Assembly: GCA_963678885.2 (NCBI GenBank)
Contig: CAXXFG010000005.1
Coordinates: 211,512-275,511 of the forward strand
DNA: 64,000 nt
DNA from: Desulfobacterales bacterium
GTDB lineage: Bacteria; Desulfobacterota; Desulfobacteria; Desulfobacterales; JAFDDL01
Direction: 5' to 3'
Numbering within the stretch: position 1 is the stretch's first letter; every line of letters begins with the position of its first letter. The translations under genes were made by a program, and so were the position numbers. The notes under the pieces were generated by a model, which was not told the origin of the DNA, searched no databases, and saw only the letters and a list, made by a program, of their open reading frames with translations. Positions 38,626-48,263 of the stretch are shown here, piece after piece.

Positions 38626-40143
38626 ATGATAAAAAGCCTTGGACGCACATGGATTGCCCTGATGCTTGCCTGTGGGGTATGCCGGGCCCAGGGGGCCGAA
38701 GACAACTTTGATGCGGCATCCCGTTTCATGGCGGCCCGGCGGTATGCGGCGGCGTTTGGCGTGTATGAAAGGCTTGCCGCCGGGGCCGGCAGCGGTGAAG
38801 CGCGGGCCCAAGCCCTGCTGTTGGGCGGCAGTGTCCTGGGCTTCGGCCTGGCGCGTCCGGCAGCGGCGCTGGAATGGTTTGAGCAAGTGCTGAGCCGGTA
38901 TCCCGATACCCGTGCCGCCGCCGATGCCTTGTTCCAATGCGGCGTGCTGCACCATGGCCAGGGGCGGATGGAACATGCGGCCGCCGCGTTTTCCGGATGC
39001 GTCGAACGGTATCCCGGTGCCTTGCGCAGCATGTCGGCGGCCCGATGGCTTTCCCGTCTGCGCGCCATGTCGGACAGCCGTGTTATGCGGGTGTTGGTGG
39101 CAGAAGGAAAAACGAGGTTGTCGATCCGCGCCCGTAAAGACATTCGGGTGCTGGATCGTGCCACGGGCATGATGGTTTGCCCTCCGACGCCGGAAGTGGA
39201 TGTCACGGCTGGCGGCGGGCGGCTGCATGTCAACGGGCAAGCGGTTTCCGCCCGGGCGTTGGAACTGATATCGGATGCCGCCGTCATGTCGTTGGACGGA
39301 TGGTCCAGTCGGGGCCGGTACCGGGTTTTTCTGGACCGGACGGGATTGCGGGTGGTCAACTGCCTGCCGTTGGAGTCCTATTTGTATGGCATCGTTGCCC
39401 GTGAGATGCCCCATACCTGGTCCGAACAGGCATTGCGTGCCCAGGCGGTGGCGTCCCGGACCTATGCCTTGTACCTGCGGGCCCGCAACCGTCACATGCC
39501 CTTTGACGTGGATGCCTCCATTGTCTCCCAGGTATACGGGGGATGTGAAGCGGAAACGCCGGCCACCACCCGTGCCGTGGATGCCACCCGGGGGCAGGTG
39601 CTGACCTTCGGCGGGCGGATTGCCGCGGCGTATTTTCACGCTGACAGCGGCGGACACACCGAGGATCCGCGTTATGTATGGGAGATAGACGCGCCCTATT
39701 TAAAGGGCGTGCCGGACAGGTTCAGCGACCGGCATCCCAAAAGACGGTGGCAGTGCCGGCTCACCTACGCGGAGCTGGCCCGGATTCTGGGGGAGGCCGG
39801 GGTTGCCCGGGGCGCGGTGCATTCCATCAGGATTGCCGCCATCTCTCCCACCGGCCGGGTCCGGGAACTCCAGGTGGAGAGCGACGCGGGGCTCCGGCGG
39901 CTCAGTGGAAACCATTTCCGGATCAATGTCGGCGGCACTCGGGTGCGCAGCACCTTTTTCACCCTCACCCCCCTGAAGGACGCTGTCCTCATCAGTGGGA
40001 AGGGATACGGGCACGGGGTGGGCATGAGCCAATGGGGTGCATGCCGCATGGCCGAACTTGGATACGGGTACGCGCAGATATTGGCTTATTATTACCCCGG
40101 AACGTGTCTTGCGGATGCGGCCCGGCTTGCCGACGGTGTCTGA
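38626..40143 (+). CDS. TPR + SpoIID/LytB-domain protein (putative lytic transglycosylase)
   Basis: Signal peptide, TPR helices (YPDT..A.DALF), LESYLYGIVAREMP, AQAVASRTYA, GYGHGVGMSQWGA, ILAYYYPG. Confidence 0.9.
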   Translation: MIKSLGRTWIALMLACGVCRAQGAEDNFDAASRFMAARRYAAAFGVYERLAAGAGSGEARAQALLLGGSVLGFGLARPAAALEWFEQVLSRYPDTRAAADALFQCGVLHHGQGRMEHAAAAFSGCVERYPGALRSMSAARWLSRLRAMSDSRVMRVLVAEGKTRLSIRARKDIRVLDRATGMMVCPPTPEVDVTAGGGRLHVNGQAVSARALELISDAAVMSLDGWSSRGRYRVFLDRTGLRVVNCLPLESYLYGIVAREMPHTWSEQALRAQAVASRTYALYLRARNRHMPFDVDASIVSQVYGGCEAETPATTRAVDATRGQVLTFGGRIAAAYFHADSGGHTEDPRYVWEIDAPYLKGVPDRFSDRHPKRRWQCRLTYAELARILGEAGVARGAVHSIRIAAISPTGRVRELQVESDAGLRRLSGNHFRINVGGTRVRSTFFTLTPLKDAVLISGKGYGHGVGMSQWGACRMAELGYGYAQILAYYYPGTCLADAARLADGV

Positions 40144-40198
40144 CACGTTGCGGCAGTGGTTGGACGGGGGGGGGACGACCGTGCAGGAGAGGAAGAAC

Positions 40199-41107
40199 AT
40201 GGTGACCATCTGTTGCTTGCTGTTGGGGGTTTTTTTTGCGGCGGAGAGCCGGGGCCAGGCCCTGCCGAACGATGCGGTTTCTTGCAGCGCCTTGGTGGAG
40301 CAGGTTCCGCCGGGTTTTGTCAACTGGAGCGAAGGGGTGCTCACCGCAACGGGCAAGGGGATGCCGCCGGAGCAAACACGGGGCAGTGCACAGGAGCGGG
40401 AGCAGGCCCTTGCGCGCGCCGTTGACAATGCCAGGGCGGCATTGTTCGCGGCGGCCGGGCAGATCCGTATCGAAGCCCACAGCCGGGTGCGGGATTTACT
40501 GGAAGAAAACGCGCCGGTGCGCCAAGAACTTCAGGACATGGTACAAAAGGCCCAGGTGGTGCATCAGGAGTATTCCACTGACGGCACCGTGACCGTCCGG
40601 GTTCACATGCGCTTGGCGGGGGCTTTTTTACAATTGGTGCTGCCGCCCCGGGTCCAGCAGATCGAATCCGTCCGTTCGGTGGGAGCGCCGGTGGATGCCT
40701 CCGGCGGGCAGGACGATCAGCAAGTGATGGACAGTTCCGCCGCCGCCTACACCGGGCTGGTGGTTGATGCCCGCGGCATTTACGTCTCCCCTCGGTTGGT
40801 TCCCCGGATCTGTGATGAGAAGGGGCAGGAGGTGTTCGGCGCGGCTTTCGCCAGCCGTGAATTCGCCGTTCAGAACGGCATGAGCGGATACCTGGCGGAC
40901 CTGGAGGGGGCGGCTCGTCATTCCCGGGTTGCGGATCACCCCCTGGTGGTCAAGGGCCTGCGCACCGGCGGCGAAAAGGGTACGGCCATTGTGATCAGCA
41001 ATACCGATGCGGCCAGACTACGCGGCGGGGTGGAGAATTTGTCCTTCCTGCGCCGTTGCCGGGTGCTGATCGTGATGGACGCCGCGTCGGGAGGAGAGGA
41101 AACGTGA
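40199..41107 (+). CDS. Exported LPP20-like domain protein
   Basis: Signal peptide; VNWSEGVLTATGKG, YTGLVVDARG, PRICDEKGQEVF, IVISNTDA patterns typical of this family. Confidence 0.7.
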   Translation: MVTICCLLLGVFFAAESRGQALPNDAVSCSALVEQVPPGFVNWSEGVLTATGKGMPPEQTRGSAQEREQALARAVDNARAALFAAAGQIRIEAHSRVRDLLEENAPVRQELQDMVQKAQVVHQEYSTDGTVTVRVHMRLAGAFLQLVLPPRVQQIESVRSVGAPVDASGGQDDQQVMDSSAAAYTGLVVDARGIYVSPRLVPRICDEKGQEVFGAAFASREFAVQNGMSGYLADLEGAARHSRVADHPLVVKGLRTGGEKGTAIVISNTDAARLRGGVENLSFLRRCRVLIVMDAASGGEET

Positions 41108-41847
41108 CAAAATCCAAAAGGTTCCCCCTCTGCTGGTTGATGACCGTGATGGGTCTGCTGGCCGGTTTTCAGGCAACCGCCCGGGCGGATACCGCTTGCG
41201 CGACGGTCACCTTTTGTTCGGGGCCGGTGTTCTGGCATCCGGCATCCGGAGCAGCCCCGGTGGAGATGGCTGTGGGCACCGTTTTTGCGGCGCCCGGCGT
41301 GCTGCATACCGATGATCAGGCGCGCCTGGAAGTGGGTCTGGCCGCCGGGGCGACGGTACGTCTGGGCCCCCGGACATCCCTGGCGTTCACCCCGGGAGCC
41401 TGTGCCGCTGTACCGGCTGCGAATGGGCCCGCACACATGATTCTTGAGAAAGGGTCCCTCTGGGTTCACCGGGTACAGACCAGGGAAACGGTGCCGGCCA
41501 TGCGGTTCATTGTCGACGGTGCCCTGGTGGAAATGGGGTGCGGCCGTTGTGGCCTGACCCTCTATGACAGCGGGGCCGTTGCCGTTTCAACCTATGCGGG
41601 AGAGGCGACGGTCAGCGGGCCCTACGTCCTGTCTCCGGTTTCCGGGCGCATTCAACTGCCGCTGTCCCCAGAAGCGCAGGAAGCGGTAACGCCCTGGCGC
41701 CATCGGGTTTCCGCGTACCGGAAACTCATCGTCCGTTCCGATGGCACGGCCACGGCGCCCTTTCGCTTTCCGGCGCCGGCGGAAGTTTCACCCTGGGTGG
41801 AGTGGAACCACCAGCGGGACGCGCTCCTGGCGCCGAACACGCCTTAG
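41104..41847 (+). CDS. Exported FecR-like domain protein
   Basis: Signal peptide; LHTDDQARLEV.L..GATVRLGPRTSL; C-terminal WVEWNHQRD. Confidence 0.7.
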   Translation: MTKSKRFPLCWLMTVMGLLAGFQATARADTACATVTFCSGPVFWHPASGAAPVEMAVGTVFAAPGVLHTDDQARLEVGLAAGATVRLGPRTSLAFTPGACAAVPAANGPAHMILEKGSLWVHRVQTRETVPAMRFIVDGALVEMGCGRCGLTLYDSGAVAVSTYAGEATVSGPYVLSPVSGRIQLPLSPEAQEAVTPWRHRVSAYRKLIVRSDGTATAPFRFPAPAEVSPWVEWNHQRDALLAPNTP

Positions 41848-41866
41848 CGGCGCCGGGGTGTGCCGC

Positions 41867-43039
41867 CTATTTTAACCCAAGATGGCTTTTCAGAGCCGCC
41901 GCCTGGTTTGTCTGCTCCCAGGTGAATTCTCTGTCGTTGCGTCCAAAATGGCCGTAAGCGGCGGTTTTTCTGTAGATGGGGCGCAGCAGATCCAGGTAAT
42001 CGATAATGGCCGCGGGACGGAGGTCGAAAATGTCCCGCACCGCCTGTTGCACCTTTTCCTTGTCCACTTTGCCCGTTCCCATCAGGTCCACCATCACCGA
42101 TACCGGTTCCGCAACGCCGATGGCATAGGCCATCTGCACCTCGCATTTGCTGGCGATGCCGGCGGCAACGATGTTTTTTGCGATGTGCCGGGCCATGTAG
42201 GAGGCCGAGCGGTCCACCTTTGAGGGGTCCTTCCCGGAAAAGCAACCGCCGCCGTGACTGCCCTGTCCCCCATAGGTGTCCACGATGATTTTACGACCCG
42301 TAAGGCCGCAGTCACCCATGGGGCCGCCCACGACGAATTTGCCGGTGGCGTTGATGAAATACTTGGTGTCCCCGTCGGTCATGTCCGAAGGGATGACCTT
42401 TTTGATCACCTCTTCAATGATGGCTTCCCGAAGGTCCTCGTAGGAGATGTCCGGCTTGTGCTGGGCGGCGATGACCACGGCGTCCACGCGTTTGGGGGTG
42501 CCGTTCTCATAGGCGATGGTTACCTGGGCCTTGCCGTCTGGCCGCAGAAAGTCCAGGGCACCGTTTTTCCTGCAGGTGGCCAGTCGCTTGGTGAGCTTAT
42601 GGGCGTACATGATGGGCATGGGCATCAGCTCCGGGGTCTCGTCGGTGGCAAACCCGAACATCAGCCCCTGGTCCCCGGCCCCCTGATCCTTGAACAGCCC
42701 CTCGCCCGTGTTGACCCCCTGGGCGATGTCCGGGGATTGTCGGCCGATGCTGGTGATGACCGAGCAGGTCTGGTAATCGAAGCCCATGCGGGAGGAGGAA
42801 TACCCGATGTCCTGGATGGTTTCCCGGACGATTTGGGGGATGTCCACGTAGCAATCGGTGGTGATTTCTCCGGAGATAAAGGCCAGCCCGGTGGTCACCA
42901 GGGTTTCACAGGCGACCCGGGCATACTTGTCGTTGGCAATGATGGCGTCCAGGATGGAGTCGGAGATGGCGTCCGCCACCTTGTCGGGATGTCCCTCGGT
43001 GACCGATTCAGAAGTAAATAGAAAAGATTCTTTGCGCAT
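41867..43039 (-). CDS. metK: S-adenosylmethionine synthetase
   Basis: [39 protein letters not shown]. Confidence 0.98.
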   Translation of the reverse strand: MRKESFLFTSESVTEGHPDKVADAISDSILDAIIANDKYARVACETLVTTGLAFISGEITTDCYVDIPQIVRETIQDIGYSSSRMGFDYQTCSVITSIGRQSPDIAQGVNTGEGLFKDQGAGDQGLMFGFATDETPELMPMPIMYAHKLTKRLATCRKNGALDFLRPDGKAQVTIAYENGTPKRVDAVVIAAQHKPDISYEDLREAIIEEVIKKVIPSDMTDGDTKYFINATGKFVVGGPMGDCGLTGRKIIVDTYGGQGSHGGGCFSGKDPSKVDRSASYMARHIAKNIVAAGIASKCEVQMAYAIGVAEPVSVMVDLMGTGKVDKEKVQQAVRDIFDLRPAAIIDYLDLLRPIYRKTAAYGHFGRNDREFTWEQTNQAAALKSHLGLK

Positions 43040-43279
43040 GAAATTTTCCTTTGCACGATTGGGTGTCCATGGACCGGTGGGCTTGTTTGCCGGCAGTCGA
43101 GGCGAATGTCTTGATCCCTAATCCAATCTGTGGGGGATGTCAACCGTCCGGCGGCGGTGGGTCAGGAGCGCCTTGGCCCCCTTCGTGCCAGGGGGGCGGC
43201 GCGGATGCGAGCCCGTTGACCAAAAAAAGAAAAGTGATCCGGCGCATCGTCGGCAAAGGGGAAAGGGGTTTTCCGTGGG

Positions 43280-44587
43280 TTACGGAAGCACGATGCGGGC
43301 ATAGAAAACGCTGCAGGCGATGACGGCGAAGACGAGTCCGGCCAGGTCCGCCGTGAGGGCCGCCAGAAGGGCGTGGCGCATCCGCTTGACCTGGACGGCG
43401 CCAAAATAGACGGCCAGGACATAGAAGGTGGTTTCGGTGGAGCCTTGGAGGGTGCTGACCAGGTAGCCTGTATAGCTGTCGGGTCCGATGGCGGAATCGT
43501 TGATGAGGGCGGCCAGGATGCCGTAAGCTCCGGAACCGGACAAGGGGCGCATGAGGGCCATGGGGAGCGCCTCGGCGGGCAGACCAACCTTTCCGGTCCA
43601 CCGGCCCAGGAAATCCACGGCGGCCCCCATAAGCCCGCTGGCGCGCAGCATTCCAACCGACACCAGGATGGCCACCAGGTAGGGAATGATTTTGACGGCC
43701 ACCTGAAAGCCTTCCCTGGCACCCTCAACGAACACATCGTATATGCGCACGCGCATCAGCAGGCCGAAAACGAGAAAACCCACCATCAAGCCGGGCAGGA
43801 TCCAGGGGGCCATGACGTTTCCATAGACCACGGTCAAGGGGATCAGGAGGGCCAGAATGCCCATGGCCAGGAAACTGACCCAGGCCGGATACGCGGTATC
43901 GGTGTCGGTGGGCTGGTCGGTGGCGGATGGGGGAGGATCCATGGCTTCTTTGCGCGGCACCGGGTTTTTTTCCGTGGAAACGAAGAACCGTTGGAACAGT
44001 TTTGCCGCTGCAATGGCCACCAGGGTGGAACCCAGGGTGGCGGCCAGCGTGGTGGGTAAAATACCCGCGGGGTTGGAAGATCCGGCCGCGGCCCGCAGCG
44101 CAATGACGCCGGTGGGCAGAAGGGTGACGCTGGAAGTGTTGATGGCCAGGAACAGCACCATGGCGTTGGAGGCCGTTCCCGGTGAAGGGTTGAGCGTTTC
44201 GAGGGCCTGCATGGCGCGGATGCCGAAGGGGGTTGCGGCATTGCCAAGCCCCAGGGCGTTGGCGGACATGTTCAGGATCATGGCGCCCATGGCCGGATGA
44301 TCCGGTGGCACCTCCGGGAACAGGCGCACCATCAGCGGGCGGATCAGGCGGGAGAGGATCGTGAGCAGCCCCCCCGCCTCGGCGACCTTGACAAGGCCCA
44401 GAAACAGGGTCATGACGCCCACCAGCCCGATGGCAAGTTCAACGGATCCTGCGGCGGATTCCACCATGGCTTGGGATACCCGCGCGATGGGGGCAACGGC
44501 TTCCGCAGAGGTGGGGTGCCAGCTGATCTGCATCCATCCGGCGTAACAAAAGGCGCCGAGGACAAGGGCTGCAAACACCAAGTTCAT
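43280..44587 (-). CDS. Fused SpmA-SpmB (nucleoside-recognition gate) membrane protein
   Basis: SpmA half (ANALGLGNAATPFGI, LAINTSSVTLLP) and SpmB half (FVEGAREG, LMRPLSGSGA, GSTETTFYVLAVYFG). Confidence 0.9.
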   Translation of the reverse strand: MNLVFAALVLGAFCYAGWMQISWHPTSAEAVAPIARVSQAMVESAAGSVELAIGLVGVMTLFLGLVKVAEAGGLLTILSRLIRPLMVRLFPEVPPDHPAMGAMILNMSANALGLGNAATPFGIRAMQALETLNPSPGTASNAMVLFLAINTSSVTLLPTGVIALRAAAGSSNPAGILPTTLAATLGSTLVAIAAAKLFQRFFVSTEKNPVPRKEAMDPPPSATDQPTDTDTAYPAWVSFLAMGILALLIPLTVVYGNVMAPWILPGLMVGFLVFGLLMRVRIYDVFVEGAREGFQVAVKIIPYLVAILVSVGMLRASGLMGAAVDFLGRWTGKVGLPAEALPMALMRPLSGSGAYGILAALINDSAIGPDSYTGYLVSTLQGSTETTFYVLAVYFGAVQVKRMRHALLAALTADLAGLVFAVIACSVFYARIVLP

Positions 44588-44596
44588 GGGAATGCG

Positions 44597-45532
44597 TCAG
44601 CGGCCCAACAGCAGGTAGAGCAAGGCCATTCGTACGTAGAGTCCGTTTTTGGCCTGCTGAAAATACCGTGCCCGTGGATCCGCGTCCACTGCCTGTGGGA
44701 TTTCATTGACCCGCGGCAAAGGGTGCATGATGATGGCCTCGGGCTTCATGCGGGATACCCTTTCGGGGGTCAGGATGTACTTCCCCGCAGCTTCCTGGTA
44801 ATCTTCGGGATTTTGGAAACGTTCTTTCTGCACCCGCGTCATATAGACGCAGTCAGCCATGGGCAACACCTTTTCGAGATCTTCCTCTTCTGCCCAGGGA
44901 ATGCCCATGCGGTCCAGAAATTCTTTGATGTCGTCTTCCATCCGGCATACAGACGGCGAGACGAAGTGCAGGCAAATGTCCTTGTACTTGGTCAGCAGGT
45001 AGGTGAGGGAGCGCACTGTGCGTCCGTATTTAAGATCCCCCACCATCACGATGTCCAGGCCGTCGAAGCGATGAAACGCGTCCTTGATGGTGTATAGATC
45101 CAGCAAGGCCTGGGTGGGGTGTTGCCCTGCTCCGTCCCCGGCGTTGATGACGGGGATCTGGGATGCTTCGGCTGCTTTTTTCGCGCTGCCCGATTCGTGG
45201 TGGCGCATCACGATGACATCGGCGTAGCCGTTCATGATGCGGATGGTGTCGTAGAGGCTCTCCCCCTTGGCTGCGCTGGAAAACTCCCTTGCGTTCTCTG
45301 TGGTGATGATTTTTCCCCCCAGGCGGCACATGGCGCTCTCAAAGGAGAAGCGGGTACGCGTGGACGGCTCGTAGAAGAGGGAGGCCATGATCTTGTGCCG
45401 GAGAGCGTCGGCGTAGGTGTTGGCGCCGGCCAGGGCGGCCCTCATGTCGTCCGCGACGGAAAATACCTTATCGAGAAGATCTCGGTCGAACTGCTGGGCT
45501 TCGTATATGTGTTTCAGATCAAATGCCGCCAC
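44597..45532 (-). CDS. pyrB: Aspartate carbamoyltransferase catalytic subunit
   Basis: FYEPSTRTRFSF, HPTQALLD, GDLKYGRTVRS, HPLPR; GTG start. Confidence 0.97.
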   Translation of the reverse strand: MAAFDLKHIYEAQQFDRDLLDKVFSVADDMRAALAGANTYADALRHKIMASLFYEPSTRTRFSFESAMCRLGGKIITTENAREFSSAAKGESLYDTIRIMNGYADVIVMRHHESGSAKKAAEASQIPVINAGDGAGQHPTQALLDLYTIKDAFHRFDGLDIVMVGDLKYGRTVRSLTYLLTKYKDICLHFVSPSVCRMEDDIKEFLDRMGIPWAEEEDLEKVLPMADCVYMTRVQKERFQNPEDYQEAAGKYILTPERVSRMKPEAIIMHPLPRVNEIPQAVDADPRARYFQQAKNGLYVRMALLYLLLGR

Positions 45533-45573
45533 GCAGGTGTCTCCTTGGCTTTGCCCGCGGTTAACCGCGCGCG

Positions 45574-46107
45574 TCAGGGCCGGCTGTCTTCAACGGTGGA
45601 GATGAAGTCAAGATTGATAACCGCCGCCGCAAGCCCTTTCCCCTTATAATTGACGTCGTACACGGTCAGCCATTTTTTCCCCGCAATATTCAGCAGATCA
45701 CTGACCCGGTCCACGGGTTGGGTTTCGCCCCAGAGATTGACCTTGCCCGCCAGGTGCCCGAGGCCGTATTTCAGTTTGACCAGAAGCCGGGCGTCTTTTC
45801 GCAATTCCGGCTGGGAAACGGGCAGGCTGTCGTGGGGCAGGACAACGGCGATGTCCTTGGTGTTGATGAGGATCTCCTTGCCGCGGTTTCCCTTGACGGT
45901 GGCGTTGTAGAGGGGCAAGAAAGCAATATCCGCCTTGATGAACAGGTCGCTGACACGGTGAATCGGGACGCTGGCGAAGTTGAGATTGATCATGCCCTGA
46001 TAGTCGCCGCTTGTGCTGACAATGGTGACCGGTCGGTCATTGGTGGCCAGCTTTTTTTCCGATGCCGCGTCCGGTGTGTCGGTGTTGTCTGCTTGCGCCT
46101 TGGGCAT
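45574..46107 (-). CDS. Hypothetical protein with an internally duplicated small domain (DUF6812-like)
   Basis: RBS AAGGAGG; two repeats of G.(I/V)NL......(H/D)RVSDL......L..Y.....G......IN...I..V. Confidence 0.7.
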   Translation of the reverse strand: MPKAQADNTDTPDAASEKKLATNDRPVTIVSTSGDYQGMINLNFASVPIHRVSDLFIKADIAFLPLYNATVKGNRGKEILINTKDIAVVLPHDSLPVSQPELRKDARLLVKLKYGLGHLAGKVNLWGETQPVDRVSDLLNIAGKKWLTVYDVNYKGKGLAAAVINLDFISTVEDSRP

Positions 46108-46203
46108 GCCGTCCTCCTTGGAAAACAATTCCTGGATGCGCCCTAAGTAACAATGAAAGGCGGGGCCCTGTCAATAGAAAACAATCCGGTTGTCCGGGCG
46201 AGT

Positions 46204-47841
46204 TCAAAGATGGCTGAGGTGGCGCCGGTAAATTTCTTCCTGCTCGTCGAGGATTTCCAGAAGGGTGGGCAGGCTCGTCATGGGGTTCATGATCACCACC
46301 CGCAGCACCACCATTTCATCCGTTTCCGAGGGGCCCTTCCGCAGTGTTGTTCTCGAAACAAAACTTTTTCCCGCCTCACGTTGCAACCGCTGCAGGCGCT
46401 GGTTGATTTCGTTGAGCCGCCGGTGGATCATCTTTTTTTCCGCCAAGGTGCCGTTGTCGTAGGCACGCTTGAGATGGACCGGGACCAGCCGGTAGAGCAG
46501 GATGTTCAATTCCGGTGGCGATACCAGGGAAAACCACTCCCGGGATGCGATCTGATCTGCAAAGGCCCTGGCCGTCTCAATGCCGTGCTCGATGAGCAGG
46601 GCATAGCCCTCGGTGCCCATGATGTCCAGAGCGCTGGAGAGGATCAGGGAACTCGCTTCTCTGGAGCCGGACAGCGACCGTATGCCGAGGTCCACCGAAC
46701 CGGGTCGGACAATGTAATTGGCATGATAGGAGACGCCGTCCATGGCCCAGGGATCCCTGAAATAGACCATGCCGCAGCTCATGGGCATATAAAACTGTTT
46801 GTGTCCGTCGATGGTGACGGCGTCCGCCCGTTCGATGCCCTTGAGCAGGTGCCGGTACCGGTCGCTCATCAAGGTCGGCCCCCCCCACGCTGCATCCACA
46901 TGAAAAAAGATGTTATGTTCTGCGCAGATATCGGCGATGGCGGGCAGCGGGTCCACTGTGCCGGTTTCGGTGGTGCCGGCGATACCCACCACCGCCAGCA
47001 CCCGGGTGCGGGGATGATGGAGCGCCAAACCGGTGATGGTGTCACGCAGCTTATTGACGTCCAGGCGCTGGTGCGCGTCCACATCCAATGCCATGACATT
47101 TTCATGCCCGATGCCCAGCACCCCGGCGGCTTTCCGGATGGAATAATGCCCGCGCCGGGAGACCAGGATGACGCATCGCTCTATATTATGGGCGGCGTAT
47201 GCGGCGGCGATGCCATGAGCCTCTATTCCGGCGAAGTCGCCGACGGGTCCCAACAATTTGCTTCGGGCCACCCACAGGGCCGTCAGGTTCGCCAGGGTGC
47301 CGTTTTCGGTGAAACATCCCAGGGCCGTGTCGGTGTGTTGGACATAGGTGTCGTAAAACGCTTGGGGAAAACCGAATATCAGGCGGTGAACCTTTGCCAG
47401 CACCTGTTTTTCGAGAATGGAAAACACCTTGGATGTCTCTATCTTCACCACGTTCTGGTTAAGGGCCGCGGTGATGGTCTTCAGGTGCACCATGAAGAAC
47501 GGAATGGCGGCGGTCATGTGGCCGACGAAATAGGGAGACGCCACGTTGACCGCATGGGGGGCGATGTTCCGGATCAGGTCATCGATGACTTGGGTCAATT
47601 TTTTTTGGGGCGTTTTGTGGATGTGGGTATCGGTGAACCGCCGGGACAATTCCTTGAGGGAAATTTCTTCGGTGATGCCCACATGGTCCTTCAGAAAGGT
47701 ATGCAGACCGAACAGAATCTGCTCCATGTATTTGATGAGCGCTGTTTTAGCCTCTTCGTTTTCCGGCTGGATGAAGACCTTGGCAAGCGTTTCCCGGTTG
47801 GCCACAAGGGGCTTTTTGGGGGCGGCGTCGGGGGTGTGCAT
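46204..47841 (-). CDS. panP: Group II PLP-dependent decarboxylase, PanP (aspartate 1-decarboxylase) type
   Basis: FVGHMT, ALNQNVVKIETSK, GTLANLTALWVAR, HVDAAWGG, TIDGHKQ (PLP Lys), QREAGKSFVSRT. Confidence 0.88.
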   Translation of the reverse strand: MHTPDAAPKKPLVANRETLAKVFIQPENEEAKTALIKYMEQILFGLHTFLKDHVGITEEISLKELSRRFTDTHIHKTPQKKLTQVIDDLIRNIAPHAVNVASPYFVGHMTAAIPFFMVHLKTITAALNQNVVKIETSKVFSILEKQVLAKVHRLIFGFPQAFYDTYVQHTDTALGCFTENGTLANLTALWVARSKLLGPVGDFAGIEAHGIAAAYAAHNIERCVILVSRRGHYSIRKAAGVLGIGHENVMALDVDAHQRLDVNKLRDTITGLALHHPRTRVLAVVGIAGTTETGTVDPLPAIADICAEHNIFFHVDAAWGGPTLMSDRYRHLLKGIERADAVTIDGHKQFYMPMSCGMVYFRDPWAMDGVSYHANYIVRPGSVDLGIRSLSGSREASSLILSSALDIMGTEGYALLIEHGIETARAFADQIASREWFSLVSPPELNILLYRLVPVHLKRAYDNGTLAEKKMIHRRLNEINQRLQRLQREAGKSFVSRTTLRKGPSETDEMVVLRVVIMNPMTSLPTLLEILDEQEEIYRRHLSHL

Positions 47842-48042
47842 GATGCGGCTGTTCCTTCCATCGCGCCCGCTACGGCACCTGTTCGGGGGCGCGACTATGG
47901 GTAATGGCGTCCCCCCCCCGGACGGCACTGTCCGAATCCGGCTGCCGGTTTGAACCATTGTTTGCCGAGATGGGGAGGATGTGATACACAGGCGAGGTGT
48001 GCTATAAATCGTTTTCGGTCTACAATCAAGGGTGTTGTATTG

Positions 48043-48255
48043 ATGTCCGGTCGTTTGAAAATATCCTACCTCTTTACCGGCGTGCTGTTTCTGGTGGTTG
48101 CCTATGCGGGGTGCCGTTACCGCCAATGGGGATTTGAGGAGCTGGCCTTCCTTTTGCTGGTGTACCTGGTCGTGGCCATCGGCATCCGCATCGACGCGCT
48201 GCACGCGCAGCTGGTTGAAATTCAGGAGCAGATCGCCAGCTTCCGGGATCGCTGA
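48043..48255 (+). CDS. Small two-TM hypothetical membrane protein
   Basis: 70 aa; two hydrophobic helices plus a coiled-coil tail; fills the gap between panP and the KamA-family gene. Confidence 0.6.
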   Translation: MSGRLKISYLFTGVLFLVVAYAGCRYRQWGFEELAFLLLVYLVVAIGIRIDALHAQLVEIQEQIASFRDR

Positions 48256-48263
48256 GGGCCATC

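Noticed and set aside
43040-43280. SAM riboswitch upstream of metK
   Set aside because: No SAM-I core (ATCnAGAG...GCAACC...GTGC) or SAM-II pattern recognisable.
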